Source: Bacteriovoracaceae bacterium (GTDB taxonomy: Bacteria; Bdellovibrionota; Bacteriovoracia; Bacteriovoracales; Bacteriovoracaceae). Taken from it: a DNA stretch of 64,000 bases. Location of the stretch: positions 928,001 through 992,000 of the forward strand of contig JBLWTJ010000001.1 in the NCBI GenBank assembly GCA_048270185.1. Reading direction: 5' to 3'. Under the pieces are notes generated by a model. The model had not been told where the DNA came from. It searched no databases and saw only the letters and a program-made list of their open reading frames with translations. This document shows, piece by piece, positions 28,798 to 39,376 of this stretch; within the stretch, counting starts at the first letter, position 1; each line of letters begins with the position of its first letter. The translations under genes were made by a program, and so were the position numbers.

Positions 28798-29846
28798 TCA
28801 ATTTCAAATTTTGTTGGTGACTTCATAAGCTTTGTCAGAACTTCTTCAACGTTGGCATCATTATAAAGAACATCATAAAGTCCTGTAAAAATACGAGCGC
28901 GAATATCGTATTTTTCACAAATGAGAAAAGCTGCCTTTGTCGTCTTATAACCCTCAACAACAGTACGTTGCGAATTGATAATCTCAAGCGGCTTGCGTCC
29001 CTTAGCGATCTCAATCCCAAAAGTTTTGTTACGAGAAAGGCCTCCAGTGGTTGTGAGGATAAGATCCCCCATTCCGCTTAAACCATAGAATGTTTCAGGA
29101 CGTGCATTAAAGACTTTTCCAAAGCGAAGCATTTCTACGATACCACGAGTAATCATCGCAGCACGTGTATTGTGGTTATAGCCTAGGCCTTCGACAATTC
29201 CACCAGCAATGGCCAAAACGTTCTTTAAGGCACCACCAAGTAGAACACCTTTAATATCGTAACTAGGTAGAGCTTTAAAATACGGAGTTTCTAATTTATC
29301 CGCAATATCCATTAAGATTTTTTTTGAACGGCCAGCAATAGTGACAAGCGTGATTTGCTTTTCCATAATTTCTTTAGCGAAACTTGGGCCTGATAAGAAA
29401 GTTATATGATCCTTATATTGAGGAAAGAAGTCATGAAAGAGATCATCACTAAGCTCTAGTGTTTCAGGATCAATCCCCTTTGAAAGACTGATAAGTGGGA
29501 TATCTCGTTTAAAATATCCTGTAAAACGCTCAAGGTTTTCACCAAAGAATGTACGAATTCCATGAGTCGGTAACCCTGAAACAATAAGTTCTAACTTATC
29601 TTCGTATTCTTCATCAAATTCATTCCAGCCTACAATGGCCTTGATATTTGAATCGAGTTTAATTCCTGGAAGATAGACCGCATTTTCACGATCTTTATTG
29701 ATGGCATTGTACACATCTTCAGAACGTACTTTAAGAATGACGTGGTCAAATTTATTGGCAAGTATTGAAGCGATTGAAGTACCAAAGGCACCAGCTCCAA
29801 CCACAAGTGCTGTCTTATATGTCTTTGCTGCTTTTGTTTTTGTCAT
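28794..29846 (-). CDS. gpsA: NAD(P)H-dependent glycerol-3-phosphate dehydrogenase
   Basis: GAGAFGT, SKGI, LSGPSFA, GGALKNV, GLSGMGDL, SRN. Confidence 0.95.
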   Translation of the reverse strand: MTKTKAAKTYKTALVVGAGAFGTSIASILANKFDHVILKVRSEDVYNAINKDRENAVYLPGIKLDSNIKAIVGWNEFDEEYEDKLELIVSGLPTHGIRTFFGENLERFTGYFKRDIPLISLSKGIDPETLELSDDLFHDFFPQYKDHITFLSGPSFAKEIMEKQITLVTIAGRSKKILMDIADKLETPYFKALPSYDIKGVLLGGALKNVLAIAGGIVEGLGYNHNTRAAMITRGIVEMLRFGKVFNARPETFYGLSGMGDLILTTTGGLSRNKTFGIEIAKGRKPLEIINSQRTVVEGYKTTKAAFLICEKYDIRARIFTGLYDVLYNDANVEEVLTKLMKSPTKFEID

Positions 29847-30106
29847 AGAGAAATAATACCATGAAGTCTTGATACGCGTTCGTATATCGTTAACACTTCT
29901 TGGGAACTATTGCATGTTACATTAAACGAGAAAGAAATATACTTTCCTGTTTTAGACGGTTTTTCATGGTGAGGTTTCTCACCAACGGCCATGATTAATT
30001 CATCTCGATTTGAATCATTACCGATAAATTTAAAGTTATAAACTGCTGGCCATTCATACTGGTCATCTAACAGCGCTTTTAACTTCTGCATATCCATTTT
30101 AATCAA
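29843..30106 (-). CDS. DUF493 (YbeD-like) protein
   Basis: WPAVYNFKFI, SKTGKYIS, IYERV. Confidence 0.8.
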   Translation of the reverse strand: MIKMDMQKLKALLDDQYEWPAVYNFKFIGNDSNRDELIMAVGEKPHHEKPSKTGKYISFSFNVTCNSSQEVLTIYERVSRLHGIISL

Positions 30107-30109
30107 CTC

Positions 30110-30685
30110 CTACTTCGGCCAACTCGACTTGAAATCAATTGCCGTATCATCAAAATCTAAAACTTCAGGTACAATTCCGTGAACGTAGCGAAAAATATCG
30201 ATCACTTCGCGAACTGCACCATGGCCACCATCACGCTCAGTAACATAGTCACAGAAGTGTTGAATTTCATGCGAAGCATGTGGTGTCGTAGCAGCAAAAC
30301 CTGCTGCTTTTAATAGAGGGACATCAAAGAATTCATCGCCCATGAAGAGAACTTCTTCAGGCTTAAACCCAAGGTCTAAAACCTTTTTAAATGCCACTCT
30401 CTTATCTTCGTCTCCTAAGAAAGCAAAGTCTAACTTAAGATTATTCACAAAGCGCTCTTGCACACCTTTAGAAGCTCCTCCTGAGATGACTCCAACTTTA
30501 AAACCAGCTCTCATGAGAAGTTTTAGAGCATAACCATCAGAAGTGTGTGATGAACGGTTAAATCCCATCTCATCATCTTGATACCAAACATGTCCAGGAG
30601 TTAAGACACCATCGATATCAAAAGCAAGAACCTTGATATCTTTTAGTTTGTCTTTAAATTGCTGCGCTTTAATAAATAAATCCAT
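30110..30685 (-). CDS. kdsC: KDO 8-phosphate phosphatase
   Basis: FDIDGVLT, DG, MGDEFFD, GGHGAVRE; next to kdsA. Confidence 0.88.
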   Translation of the reverse strand: MDLFIKAQQFKDKLKDIKVLAFDIDGVLTPGHVWYQDDEMGFNRSSHTSDGYALKLLMRAGFKVGVISGGASKGVQERFVNNLKLDFAFLGDEDKRVAFKKVLDLGFKPEEVLFMGDEFFDVPLLKAAGFAATTPHASHEIQHFCDYVTERDGGHGAVREVIDIFRYVHGIVPEVLDFDDTAIDFKSSWPK

Positions 30686-30688
30686 TAA

Positions 30689-31495
30689 TTATTCCGTAAT
30701 TGCGTTTTTGATTCTTAGTAATCTTTCAATAATCTTTCCAGCTTGATCTAGTGGTAAGCTCGTTGCTGCATCTGATTTTGCTTCATTTGGATTCGGGTGA
30801 ACTTCCATAAAGATCCCATCAGCACCTGCTGCTACGGCCGCTTGAGCAAGCGTTAAGATTTGCTCACGCTTTCCTCCTGTTGAAGTACCAAGACCACCTG
30901 GTCTTTGAACACAGTGAGTAGCATCGTGAATGGCACGAACACCAAATGACTTCATGATTTGAAAACTTGCCATATCAACAACAAGATTATTGTAACCAAA
31001 TGAAGTCCCTCTTTCTGTTAGAAGAATTTTATCTTTTGTAATAAATTCTTCTGCCTTCTTGACAATATTTCCTGTCTCTTCTGGAGATAGGAATTGTCCC
31101 TTCTTAATCTTAAGTTGAGCGTCGTGCTTCTTACAAGCTTCAGCACCAGCTAAGATCATATCTGTTTGACGACAAAGGAAAGCTGGAATTTGAATTGTAT
31201 CTACAACACTTGCCACAGCATCCGCTTGCTCTGCAGTGTGGAAGTCAGTGATTAATTGAACTCCATATTGCTTCTTAACTTTCTCAAGGATTTGTAGGCC
31301 TTTCTCAAGTCCTGGCCCTCTGAAAGAGTCAATTGATGAGCGGTTGGCCTTATCAAAACTTCCCTTATAAGAGAAGTTGATTTGATCCTTTACCGGCTCA
31401 AGCATTTCTAATAGACGTCCACAAACATCCATACACATTTGTTCAGACTCGATTACACAAGTCCCCATGAATAGATCAAATTTCTTATTTTCCAT
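30689..31495 (-). CDS. kdsA: KDO 8-phosphate synthase
   Basis: KGSFDKANRSS, QIPAFLCRQTD, KKGQF, ERG..FGYNNL, DATH. Confidence 0.96.
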   Translation of the reverse strand: MENKKFDLFMGTCVIESEQMCMDVCGRLLEMLEPVKDQINFSYKGSFDKANRSSIDSFRGPGLEKGLQILEKVKKQYGVQLITDFHTAEQADAVASVVDTIQIPAFLCRQTDMILAGAEACKKHDAQLKIKKGQFLSPEETGNIVKKAEEFITKDKILLTERGTSFGYNNLVVDMASFQIMKSFGVRAIHDATHCVQRPGGLGTSTGGKREQILTLAQAAVAAGADGIFMEVHPNPNEAKSDAATSLPLDQAGKIIERLLRIKNAITE

Positions 31496-33089
31496 AATTA
31501 TCGGCCTCTTTTATAAATTCACTAAATACTGGGTGGGCCGCATATGGCCTCGATTTAAATTCTGGGTGGTACTGACACGCAAAGAAGAATGGATGATCCT
31601 TAATCTCGATTGTTTCGACGAGATCAAGTTCAGGATTTCTTCCACTAATGACGAGTCCCTTCTCTTTTAATTGTTCAACATAGAAGTTATTAACTTCAAG
31701 ACGATGACGGTGTCTTTCGTGGATTAACTTTTCACCGTAGACTTGTCTTGCACGACTTCCTTCTAGTAATTCACACTCATAACTTCCAAGGCGCATACTT
31801 CCACCTTTTGCTCCGTCACGAGTTTGCCCTTCCATATAGTGAACTAAGTGATCTCCACCAGCATTGAATTCTTCTGATGTTGCATCTTTGAGTCCACAAA
31901 TATTTCGAGCGTATTCAATAATCGCAAGCTGCATTCCAAGACAAATACCAAAGAAAGGAACTTTGTTTTCACGAGCATATTGAATGGCCGCAATCTTCCC
32001 TTCTGTTCCACGCTCTCCAAATCCACCAGGAACAAGTACACCTTGAATGTCTTTTAGAAGCTTTGCAGCCCCTTCTTTTTCAATCTCTTCAGAATCAACA
32101 TAAACAGGAACAAGTTTTAGCTGGTGAGCTAAGGCCCCGTGTTTAAGTGCTTCATCAAGTGACTTATATGACTCAACTAGCTCAGTGTACTTTCCAACGA
32201 TTCCGATTTTCACTTCTCTTAGAGGATGATCAAAGTTGTAGGCAACTTTTTCAAGATCATCAATCTTAGGAGATGAAGACCAGATCCCTAGAATCTTTGT
32301 GATCTTCTCATCAAGTCCTTGGGCGTGGAAATTAAGAGGTACTTTATAAATTGAATCCAAATCAAGAGATTGGAAAACATTATCTTTTGGTACGTTACAA
32401 AATAATGAAATCTTATCCATAATCGACTTATCAATTTCGCGGTCACTTCGACAGATAATAATATGTGGGAAGAGACCTTGTGAGCGTAGCTCTTTCACTG
32501 AGTGCTGAGCAGGCTTTGACTTTAACTCTCCAGCCGCTGATAAGTATGGAATAAGAACTAAGTGAACAAAGAGAACATTCTCTTGTCCAACGTCATGTGC
32601 AAATTGTCTGATTGATTCAACATATGGAAGAGATTCGATATCACCAATTGTTCCACCGATTTCACCAATTAATATATCTGCATCTTCTGCTGCAATATGA
32701 ATTCGGCGTTTAATTTCATCAGTAATATGAGGAACAACTTGAACAGTCTTTCCAAGATACTTCCCTTCTCTTTCCTTCTCAATAACTTCAAGATAAACCT
32801 GACCAGTTGTGAAGTTAGACTGCTTTGAAAGAGTTAAAGAAGTGAATCTCTCATAGTGACCAAGGTCTAGATCTGTCTCAGCTCCATCGTCTGTAACAAA
32901 AACTTCACCGTGCTGAGTTGGGCTCATAGTTCCCGGGTCAACATTGATATATGGATCCATCTTCAGCATATTAATGCGAATCCCACGTCTTTCAAGTAAC
33001 GATGCAATTGATGCAGCGGCAAGTCCCTTTCCTAGAGAACTAGCAACACCACCAGTAATAAAAATATACTTTTTCTGGCTATTGGCCAT
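31485..33089 (-). CDS. pyrG: CTP synthase
   Basis: TGGVASSLGKG, DPYINVDPGTM, GICLGMQ, RHRHR, QYHPE. Confidence 0.98.
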   Translation of the reverse strand: MANSQKKYIFITGGVASSLGKGLAAASIASLLERRGIRINMLKMDPYINVDPGTMSPTQHGEVFVTDDGAETDLDLGHYERFTSLTLSKQSNFTTGQVYLEVIEKEREGKYLGKTVQVVPHITDEIKRRIHIAAEDADILIGEIGGTIGDIESLPYVESIRQFAHDVGQENVLFVHLVLIPYLSAAGELKSKPAQHSVKELRSQGLFPHIIICRSDREIDKSIMDKISLFCNVPKDNVFQSLDLDSIYKVPLNFHAQGLDEKITKILGIWSSSPKIDDLEKVAYNFDHPLREVKIGIVGKYTELVESYKSLDEALKHGALAHQLKLVPVYVDSEEIEKEGAAKLLKDIQGVLVPGGFGERGTEGKIAAIQYARENKVPFFGICLGMQLAIIEYARNICGLKDATSEEFNAGGDHLVHYMEGQTRDGAKGGSMRLGSYECELLEGSRARQVYGEKLIHERHRHRLEVNNFYVEQLKEKGLVISGRNPELDLVETIEIKDHPFFFACQYHPEFKSRPYAAHPVFSEFIKEADNYGK

Positions 33090-33843
33090 TAATCACTCCC
33101 TCCACAAATGGAATATCTTCTGGAGTATCAACTCCACATAATGTCATATCAGTAATGGCCGCACCAATAGTGTAACCATTGTCGAGAAGTCTTAATTGCT
33201 CTAGGCATTCAATCTTCTCATTTGTCGACTCACCAAGTGAGCAGAAGTTTTTTAGAACTTCAGGTTTAAAAGAATAAATTCCAATATGGAGATACCAATT
33301 AAGCCCCGTCGTATTCTGTCGATTAAACGGATGAGGACTGCGAGTAAAATAATGGCAAATATTCTTCTCTTTTGAGAAGACGGCCTTTACCTTATTTGGA
33401 TTCTTATAATCTTCATTGTCATTATCGATGGACATCTCTTTAATAACAGTTGCCACATCAAAGCCATGTTTACTGTGAAGCTTAACAAGGTCACTTAGTA
33501 GTTCTGGTTTAATGAGTGGTTCATCCCCTTGAACATTGATGACAAAATCAAAATCCTCATCTTTGAAAAATCTCTCATAAGCAAGATAGATTCTTTCACT
33601 TCCAGAAGGAACATCATCATCAACGCGAACCACATTACGACCACTAGTTTTTAACATCTCCTCAATCTCGTTATTATCTGTGACGACACAAACTTTTGAT
33701 CCTGGAAAATTTTCGATAATCGGCGCACAACCATCGTAAACATGAGAGACCATGGCCTTACCATTTATTTGTGCAAGTGGTTTTCCGGGAAAGCGAGTAG
33801 AGGCGAATCTTGATGGTATTAATACCAAAGCTTTTAAGTTCAT
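33079..33843 (-). CDS. kdsB: CMP-KDO synthetase
   Basis: IPSRFASTRFPGKPL, SGSER, NVQGDEP, LEQLR, VDTPED. Confidence 0.95.
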   Translation of the reverse strand: MNLKALVLIPSRFASTRFPGKPLAQINGKAMVSHVYDGCAPIIENFPGSKVCVVTDNNEIEEMLKTSGRNVVRVDDDVPSGSERIYLAYERFFKDEDFDFVINVQGDEPLIKPELLSDLVKLHSKHGFDVATVIKEMSIDNDNEDYKNPNKVKAVFSKEKNICHYFTRSPHPFNRQNTTGLNWYLHIGIYSFKPEVLKNFCSLGESTNEKIECLEQLRLLDNGYTIGAAITDMTLCGVDTPEDIPFVEGVINGQ

Positions 33844-33912
33844 TATTTACCTTTTTGACAGTAAATAATAACAAATCCCTAGGCTCCTTGCAAAGTATGA
33901 TATTATAAATCT

Positions 33913-34260
33913 ATGAAATGCTTCAGCTTGTTGCTTTGTGCAATAACCCTTGTGGGATCAACAAATATTGCAGCGCAAACACTATCGGATTCAATTATCA
34001 CGGACCCTTCGATTTCACGTCGTTGCGACGCACTAATTAAGCAACGCCAAGAAAAGATCGCGCACCGCCAAAGACTGCTCTTTCTACTTGAGAGAAACAA
34101 AAATCTATTGAGCACCACTCCAGAGCAGAAGAAGACTATTGCAAGCAAGCTTCGAGAGAATCAATATCGAGTCATTCAAGAATTAAAAATTACTAATCTC
34201 AAGGTTATTAAAACGGAAGAACAAATCGTGCGCCGTGGCTGTCCAGGCCTCACCCTTTAA
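33913..34260 (+). CDS. Secreted hypothetical coiled-coil protein with two Cys
   Basis: Signal peptide; helical hairpin flanked by RRC and RGCPG. Confidence 0.6.
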   Translation: MKCFSLLLCAITLVGSTNIAAQTLSDSIITDPSISRRCDALIKQRQEKIAHRQRLLFLLERNKNLLSTTPEQKKTIASKLRENQYRVIQELKITNLKVIKTEEQIVRRGCPGLTL

Positions 34261-34345
34261 ACCTGTTTAACCATTGCCATCTTAAGTCTCACAAGACATA
34301 ATTTTACTACACACATGAATAGAATTTTTTAGAGGGACTTCAAAT

Positions 34346-35779
34346 ATGAAAATGGCACTAGGCTTTTTATTGGCCTATCTGACACTTGCGCCGTGGGCCT
34401 TCGCAGTTGACGGCACAACTCCACAATTATTTATCCAAGAAGCTGACGAAAAAACGATTCTAACAAGAACCTATAAGGCCTTAGATATCGGAACAGTTAT
34501 TGAGCAAGGGATGCGTAGTTATCAAGAAAATATCATCCGTCGCAAAAATATCGAAATTCTAAAAAATGAACTTCAAGATAAGAAAGAATCTTTTTGGACA
34601 CCAAACCCACGAATTACTCTGCAACTTAATCCTCAACGAATTGGAACAATTAAAAGTGGTGGTAGTGATGCCACAAGAATTTCAAAAGACCCAACAGGTG
34701 CAGCAGGACTTGAGCTTGGTGAGTACACACTCTTTAATTGGGGAAAGGATTATCTTCAATATAAGAATGATAAAGAAGACCTAGAAAGGCAGATTGAGCG
34801 AGATAAGGAAGGGCTTCGTGATTTTAAACAAAATCTTGTAAAGCAATTTGTAAATCTCATTCACGCCAAAGATATTAAGATTATCTCACGCCAATACCTA
34901 CAAAGTGCCACCCTCGCCTATCGTATAAATCGTGAAAAAGTATTACAAAAGAAAGTAACAAAGCATGAGTATTATCAATCTCGCTCGGAGTATTTAAGAG
35001 CGCAGGAAAATTTCACAAATGCCACTTTATTTGAAGAGACGGCCAATGAAGTTATGGCCAAGATGCTCAATGATCCTCCGGGAACTCTTTATACAATTAA
35101 CCAAGACTATCAATATGAGGAATCAACTTATAGCCGTGAAAATGCTATTGCCACAGCAAGAAAGGTTTCACCATTTATTCTCGATCAAAAAGTTGAAACA
35201 AGTATTAGAACTCGCGAATATGAAATTGCTTTAAGAGATAATCTACCACTACCTAAGATCTCAGTTAACTTTGGGACATATTCTAAGGCCTTTAATAACG
35301 GAACTATTACTAACGACTACTACACTTCTTCACCTGGGGACTCAAATATCGATTTGGTTGCAAGTCTTAATGCTAGTTGGACTCTCTTTGGAGACGGCGG
35401 ACTCTTTAATCGCAGAAAGCTTGCCAATGCTCGCCTTGAAAAAGAGAAGGCCATACATCGTTTAAGTCTAACAAGACGTCGTGTGGAGGAGGCCATTGTA
35501 AATATCTTCAATTACCTTAGTGCTAACGTAAAACAATTAAAAATTATTGCTAGTCGCAACGACTCACTAAAGAAGAGAATGGATACAGCACTTAATCAAT
35601 ACACGCAGAGAAAGACACGCTTTCTTGAATATCAAATGGCCATGCAAGATTACTATGATTCACTAAAGAAAGAATCGACCCTTAAGTATCAGTACCTCGT
35701 AAAAAGGGTTGAACTTGCACAAATTATCGGTGTTGAAAACCTTCCAGATTCTCCATTTGATAAAGCGGTTATTAAATAA
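34346..35779 (+). CDS. TolC family outer membrane protein
   Basis: Signal peptide; two OEP-like repeats (YTLFNWG / WTLFGDGG), LPKISV, long helical segments. Confidence 0.75.
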   Translation: MKMALGFLLAYLTLAPWAFAVDGTTPQLFIQEADEKTILTRTYKALDIGTVIEQGMRSYQENIIRRKNIEILKNELQDKKESFWTPNPRITLQLNPQRIGTIKSGGSDATRISKDPTGAAGLELGEYTLFNWGKDYLQYKNDKEDLERQIERDKEGLRDFKQNLVKQFVNLIHAKDIKIISRQYLQSATLAYRINREKVLQKKVTKHEYYQSRSEYLRAQENFTNATLFEETANEVMAKMLNDPPGTLYTINQDYQYEESTYSRENAIATARKVSPFILDQKVETSIRTREYEIALRDNLPLPKISVNFGTYSKAFNNGTITNDYYTSSPGDSNIDLVASLNASWTLFGDGGLFNRRKLANARLEKEKAIHRLSLTRRRVEEAIVNIFNYLSANVKQLKIIASRNDSLKKRMDTALNQYTQRKTRFLEYQMAMQDYYDSLKKESTLKYQYLVKRVELAQIIGVENLPDSPFDKAVIK

Positions 35780-35790
35780 GGATAGATGAT

Positions 35791-36429
35791 ATGAAAAAAT
35801 TAATACTCTTAGTCGCTCTTATTTATCTTTCATCATATACTTTGGCCCAAGGGCTTATGGATTTTTCTGAAATCGAAATTCAAGATGAAAAGTATGGCCT
35901 GCAAGTCGATAGTTATAATGCCAAAGATGACGATTTCTCACTTGAGTTTAATTTTGGTGCCATTACAAATTTTAGTGAATTTAGTGAAACCAATACCATG
36001 AGTGGAGTCATCACTTTCTATCGTGACACTTTCTCATACACTCTCTATGGCGCAATCAATAGCCTCAATGTCGCTGCCACAACAAATTTCACAACCAATG
36101 AAGAAACACTTAGTGTCTATACAGTTGGAGCAGGATTTAGTCGTCGATCAATTCTTATCAACGACTTCATAAATATTAAGTCAATCTATGATGAAATTCA
36201 GACTAATATAACGTATAACCTAGGTGACGCCGAAGCTTTAGGAGTAGACGTTGCGGGTCTTGGTTTTAACGCAAGTTACGGACTCATTTACCGTGCAGCA
36301 AGTGGTATGCACTTAAGTGCTCGTATGGTTTATAATTTTATGGCCCTTGAAGGTGATGATGACATCACAAAGATTAAGGCCACAGCAAGCTGGGTTAGTG
36401 CTCAAGCAGGACTAGCATTTATTTTTTAG
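35791..36429 (+). CDS. Probable outer membrane beta-barrel protein
   Basis: Signal peptide, alternating beta-strands, C-terminal GLAFIF (terminal Phe). Confidence 0.6.
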   Translation: MKKLILLVALIYLSSYTLAQGLMDFSEIEIQDEKYGLQVDSYNAKDDDFSLEFNFGAITNFSEFSETNTMSGVITFYRDTFSYTLYGAINSLNVAATTNFTTNEETLSVYTVGAGFSRRSILINDFINIKSIYDEIQTNITYNLGDAEALGVDVAGLGFNASYGLIYRAASGMHLSARMVYNFMALEGDDDITKIKATASWVSAQAGLAFIF

Positions 36430-36432
36430 GGA

Positions 36433-37725
36433 ATGACCATGATTGAGAGATACGAAAAGAAAGAAATTAGTGAAATTTGGACAGATCAATTTAAGTTTGA
36501 AAAATTCTTAGAAGTTGAAAAGGCCTTAGTTGAAGTCTTAGAAGATAAGGGCATGATTAAGAAACCTTTTTCAAATAAGCTAAATACTGTTTCAGTTAAC
36601 CCTGAACGTATCAAAGTCATTGAACAAGAAACGCGTCACGATGTGATTGCTTTTTGTACATCAATCACAGAACAACTTGAAGTCAACGAAGGAAAGTATT
36701 TTCACTTCGGTGTGACGTCTTCAGACATTATTGATACGGCACTAACTCTTCAAATTAAAGAATCACTAAAAAGAATTCGTCCAAGTTTTTGCAAACTACT
36801 TGATGTCTTAGACCGAAAAGCAAAGGAGCATGCAGGAACAATTTGTATTGGCCGCTCTCATGGAATTTTTGCAGAGCCAATGAGCTTTGGACAAAAGCTC
36901 TATGGACACTTCTGTGAATTTAATCGCAGATTTAATGATCTTGAAGATTACACGGAAAAAGAGCTAACAGGTCAAATTTCAGGAGCTGTTGGAAATTACA
37001 CAATCCTAACGCCAGAGATTGAAGAGGCCGTTTTAAGAAAGATCGACCTAAAACCGGAAACAGTTTCAACCCAAGTAATTCCACGTGATCGCATTGCAAA
37101 GCTTACAGGTATCATTGCCCTCTTTGGTTGCGCTTTAGAGAGACTCTGTGTTGAAATCAGACACCTACAACACTCTGATGTTGCCGAAGCTTTTGAAGGT
37201 TTTAAGAAAGGTCAAAAAGGTTCTTCGACTATGCCTCATAAGAAGAATCCAATCTCAAGTGAGAACCTAACGGGAATGGCGCGCATGCTTCGTTCATACT
37301 CACAAATTGCGCAAGATAATTGTCTGCTATGGCATGAAAGAGATATTAGCCACTCAAGTGCTGAGAGATTCTTCCTACCAGATATGTTTGGAATCCTTCT
37401 CTACTCGATTGAGAGAATGACAAGTACAGTTGATGATCTTGTCATTAACGAAGAGGCCATGAAAGCAAAAGTCACAGGAAATTTTAAACACCTTAGTAGT
37501 TTTGTACTCCACCGCCTAATTGAAGTTTCAAACACGACTCGTGAAGATCTCTACAAAGTTGTACAGGCCGCTTCTTTTGAGGCCCAAGACCGCGAAGGAT
37601 TCTTTGATCATCTTGCAAATTCTTTAAAAGAAGAAGTTGAGACAAATCTCATTAAAGAGCTGCGTTCTCTAAATGATTTAGAAATCTTTAGTGCACACAC
37701 TGGTGCTATCTTTGCGAGGAGCTAG
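36433..37725 (+). CDS. purB: Adenylosuccinate lyase
   Basis: MIERY, TRHDVIAF, HFGVTSSD, GRSHG, GSSTMPHKKNP, WHERDISHSSAER. Confidence 0.96.
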   Translation: MTMIERYEKKEISEIWTDQFKFEKFLEVEKALVEVLEDKGMIKKPFSNKLNTVSVNPERIKVIEQETRHDVIAFCTSITEQLEVNEGKYFHFGVTSSDIIDTALTLQIKESLKRIRPSFCKLLDVLDRKAKEHAGTICIGRSHGIFAEPMSFGQKLYGHFCEFNRRFNDLEDYTEKELTGQISGAVGNYTILTPEIEEAVLRKIDLKPETVSTQVIPRDRIAKLTGIIALFGCALERLCVEIRHLQHSDVAEAFEGFKKGQKGSSTMPHKKNPISSENLTGMARMLRSYSQIAQDNCLLWHERDISHSSAERFFLPDMFGILLYSIERMTSTVDDLVINEEAMKAKVTGNFKHLSSFVLHRLIEVSNTTREDLYKVVQAASFEAQDREGFFDHLANSLKEEVETNLIKELRSLNDLEIFSAHTGAIFARS

Positions 37726-37733
37726 GCCAGTCG

Positions 37734-38156
37734 CTAAACTGTAAACTCAGTAAAGGGATGAGGAAGTAATTCTTTAAAGAGAATTTTCTTCGTTAGTCCC
37801 TTAAGATTTCCAAGATAGATTGGAAAGTCTGGTTTTACAAATTCAGATAAGACCTGAAGGCAGAAGGCACATGGTACGGCCGGATCTTCTTGATCTGTGA
37901 CAACCACAATATACTCAAATCCACGTTTCCCATGCTTAGCAACTGAAGAAAGTACACTTCCTCTTTCAGCACAGATTGTTCCACCGTAGCTTGCGTTCTC
38001 CACATTACATCCAGGGATTAGTTCTTCCACACCTTCAATTTTTAAGGCACTTCCAACTAAGAACTTTGAATATGGGGCGTGAGCATTTACGCGAGCAGCG
38101 AGGGCCACTTTATACGCTTCTTGTATATTTGAATCGACTGTAATTTTATTTTCCAT
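37734..38156 (-). CDS. cdd: Cytidine deaminase (homotetrameric type)
   Basis: APYSKF.VG, GCNVENASYG.TICAER, PCAFCLQ, ELLP.PF; start moved to ATG 38156. Confidence 0.92.
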   Translation of the reverse strand: MENKITVDSNIQEAYKVALAARVNAHAPYSKFLVGSALKIEGVEELIPGCNVENASYGGTICAERGSVLSSVAKHGKRGFEYIVVVTDQEDPAVPCAFCLQVLSEFVKPDFPIYLGNLKGLTKKILFKELLPHPFTEFTV

Positions 38157-38171
38157 AGAGCTATTATAGTC

Positions 38172-38202
38172 AAAAAGGACGTGAAGAGCTAGCTTCACGT
38201 CC
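38172..38202 (-). terminator. Intrinsic terminator of the MDR oxidoreductase gene
   Basis: ggacgtgaag-N6-cttcacgtcc followed by TTTTT on the minus strand. Confidence 0.75.
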
Positions 38203-38214
38203 ACATTTTCCTAC

Positions 38215-39204
38215 TTAATGGAAACTTAGGGCAATTTTACCCATGATCTTACCTTCCTCAAGGAGACGATGTCCTTCGTTTAGACTCTGCGGTGTGATCG
38301 CACCGAGGTCATTTGTAAGGGGCGACTTCAATGCCCCGGCCTCGATGAGGTCGGTAATCTCACGCAAGATTTCTCCTTGGCTTTCTTTGTCGATATTTTC
38401 CATCGGCCCAAGAAAAATGAACTCTTGCTCAACATCAGGAATGGCCTCGACGAGATCTTCTGCAACGAAATCATCATTGACCATAATTAAAGAAGTCATG
38501 CGACTCTTTTCATTTAATATATCGCGAAGTCCTGCAATATAGCGACTTGGAGAATGAGTACATAGAACATAGTCGATTTGCTCGATATCAAGACTTTGCA
38601 ATTGCATCTCAAGAGGCAGCACTTCATTTAAAACATGGTGGGCCCCCATCCCTACACTATAATGTAGAACGCGGTTATTTGTAGCTGTAGTTAAAACTTT
38701 TAAATTTGTAATCTGCTTGGCAAGTTGCGTGGCCATCACCCCAATGCAGCTTCCTCCATCTGTTATTAAGATGGTCTTACCGCGACTGGTTTCGGGGTCA
38801 ACCTCAAGCTTGTCGAATAAGGCATCGAAGGCCGTCACTGAAGCATAGGGAAAAGTCGCCGCATTTAAGAAGTCCATATTGTAAGGACGACGTGAAACCA
38901 CGCGCTCATCAACTAAGTGGTACTCTGAATTAGATCCACTGCGATCAATTTCCCCACAGTAGATGACTTCATCCCCGACCTTAAAATCTCGAACATTCTC
39001 ACCGACTTCTCGTACAATCCCTGAAGCATCATAGCCTAAGGTCTTTCCTAAACTAATTCTCTTCATGATGGCGTCATTTGGATTGAGTGAGACGGCCTTA
39101 ACTTCTACCAGTAGGTCACGGCCGATGGCCTGTGGCCTTTCGGCATCAATATGAGAGAAGACTTCTGGACTCGTTTCACTGACAATAAATGTTCTCATGC
39201 TCAT
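38215..39204 (-). CDS. MDR family (zinc-type ADH-like/quinone) oxidoreductase
   Basis: DLLVEVKAVSLNP, LGYDASG, FKVGDEV, RSGSNSEYHLVDER, GKIAL; start 39204 or 39198. Confidence 0.85.
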   Translation of the reverse strand: MSMRTFIVSETSPEVFSHIDAERPQAIGRDLLVEVKAVSLNPNDAIMKRISLGKTLGYDASGIVREVGENVRDFKVGDEVIYCGEIDRSGSNSEYHLVDERVVSRRPYNMDFLNAATFPYASVTAFDALFDKLEVDPETSRGKTILITDGGSCIGVMATQLAKQITNLKVLTTATNNRVLHYSVGMGAHHVLNEVLPLEMQLQSLDIEQIDYVLCTHSPSRYIAGLRDILNEKSRMTSLIMVNDDFVAEDLVEAIPDVEQEFIFLGPMENIDKESQGEILREITDLIEAGALKSPLTNDLGAITPQSLNEGHRLLEEGKIMGKIALSFH

Positions 39205-39376
39205 TCTCCATGTATGAGGTTGCACTTGTTAGCTTCATTATGCGCTCCACCTCCATGACATTTGTTTTGCTTAGGTCAAATAAGCGTTAATTTACGCCAT
39301 AAGTACTGTTCATAAAATGACAAAGGTCGCTTAGTGCTATAAAATCCCTCTATAAACAAATAGAGAGAGGAAGCCA

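Noticed and set aside
39226..39376. Riboswitch or Pho box upstream of the SulP gene
   Set aside because: Only a loose ctgttcataaaatgaca resemblance; no recognisable aptamer or correct repeat spacing.
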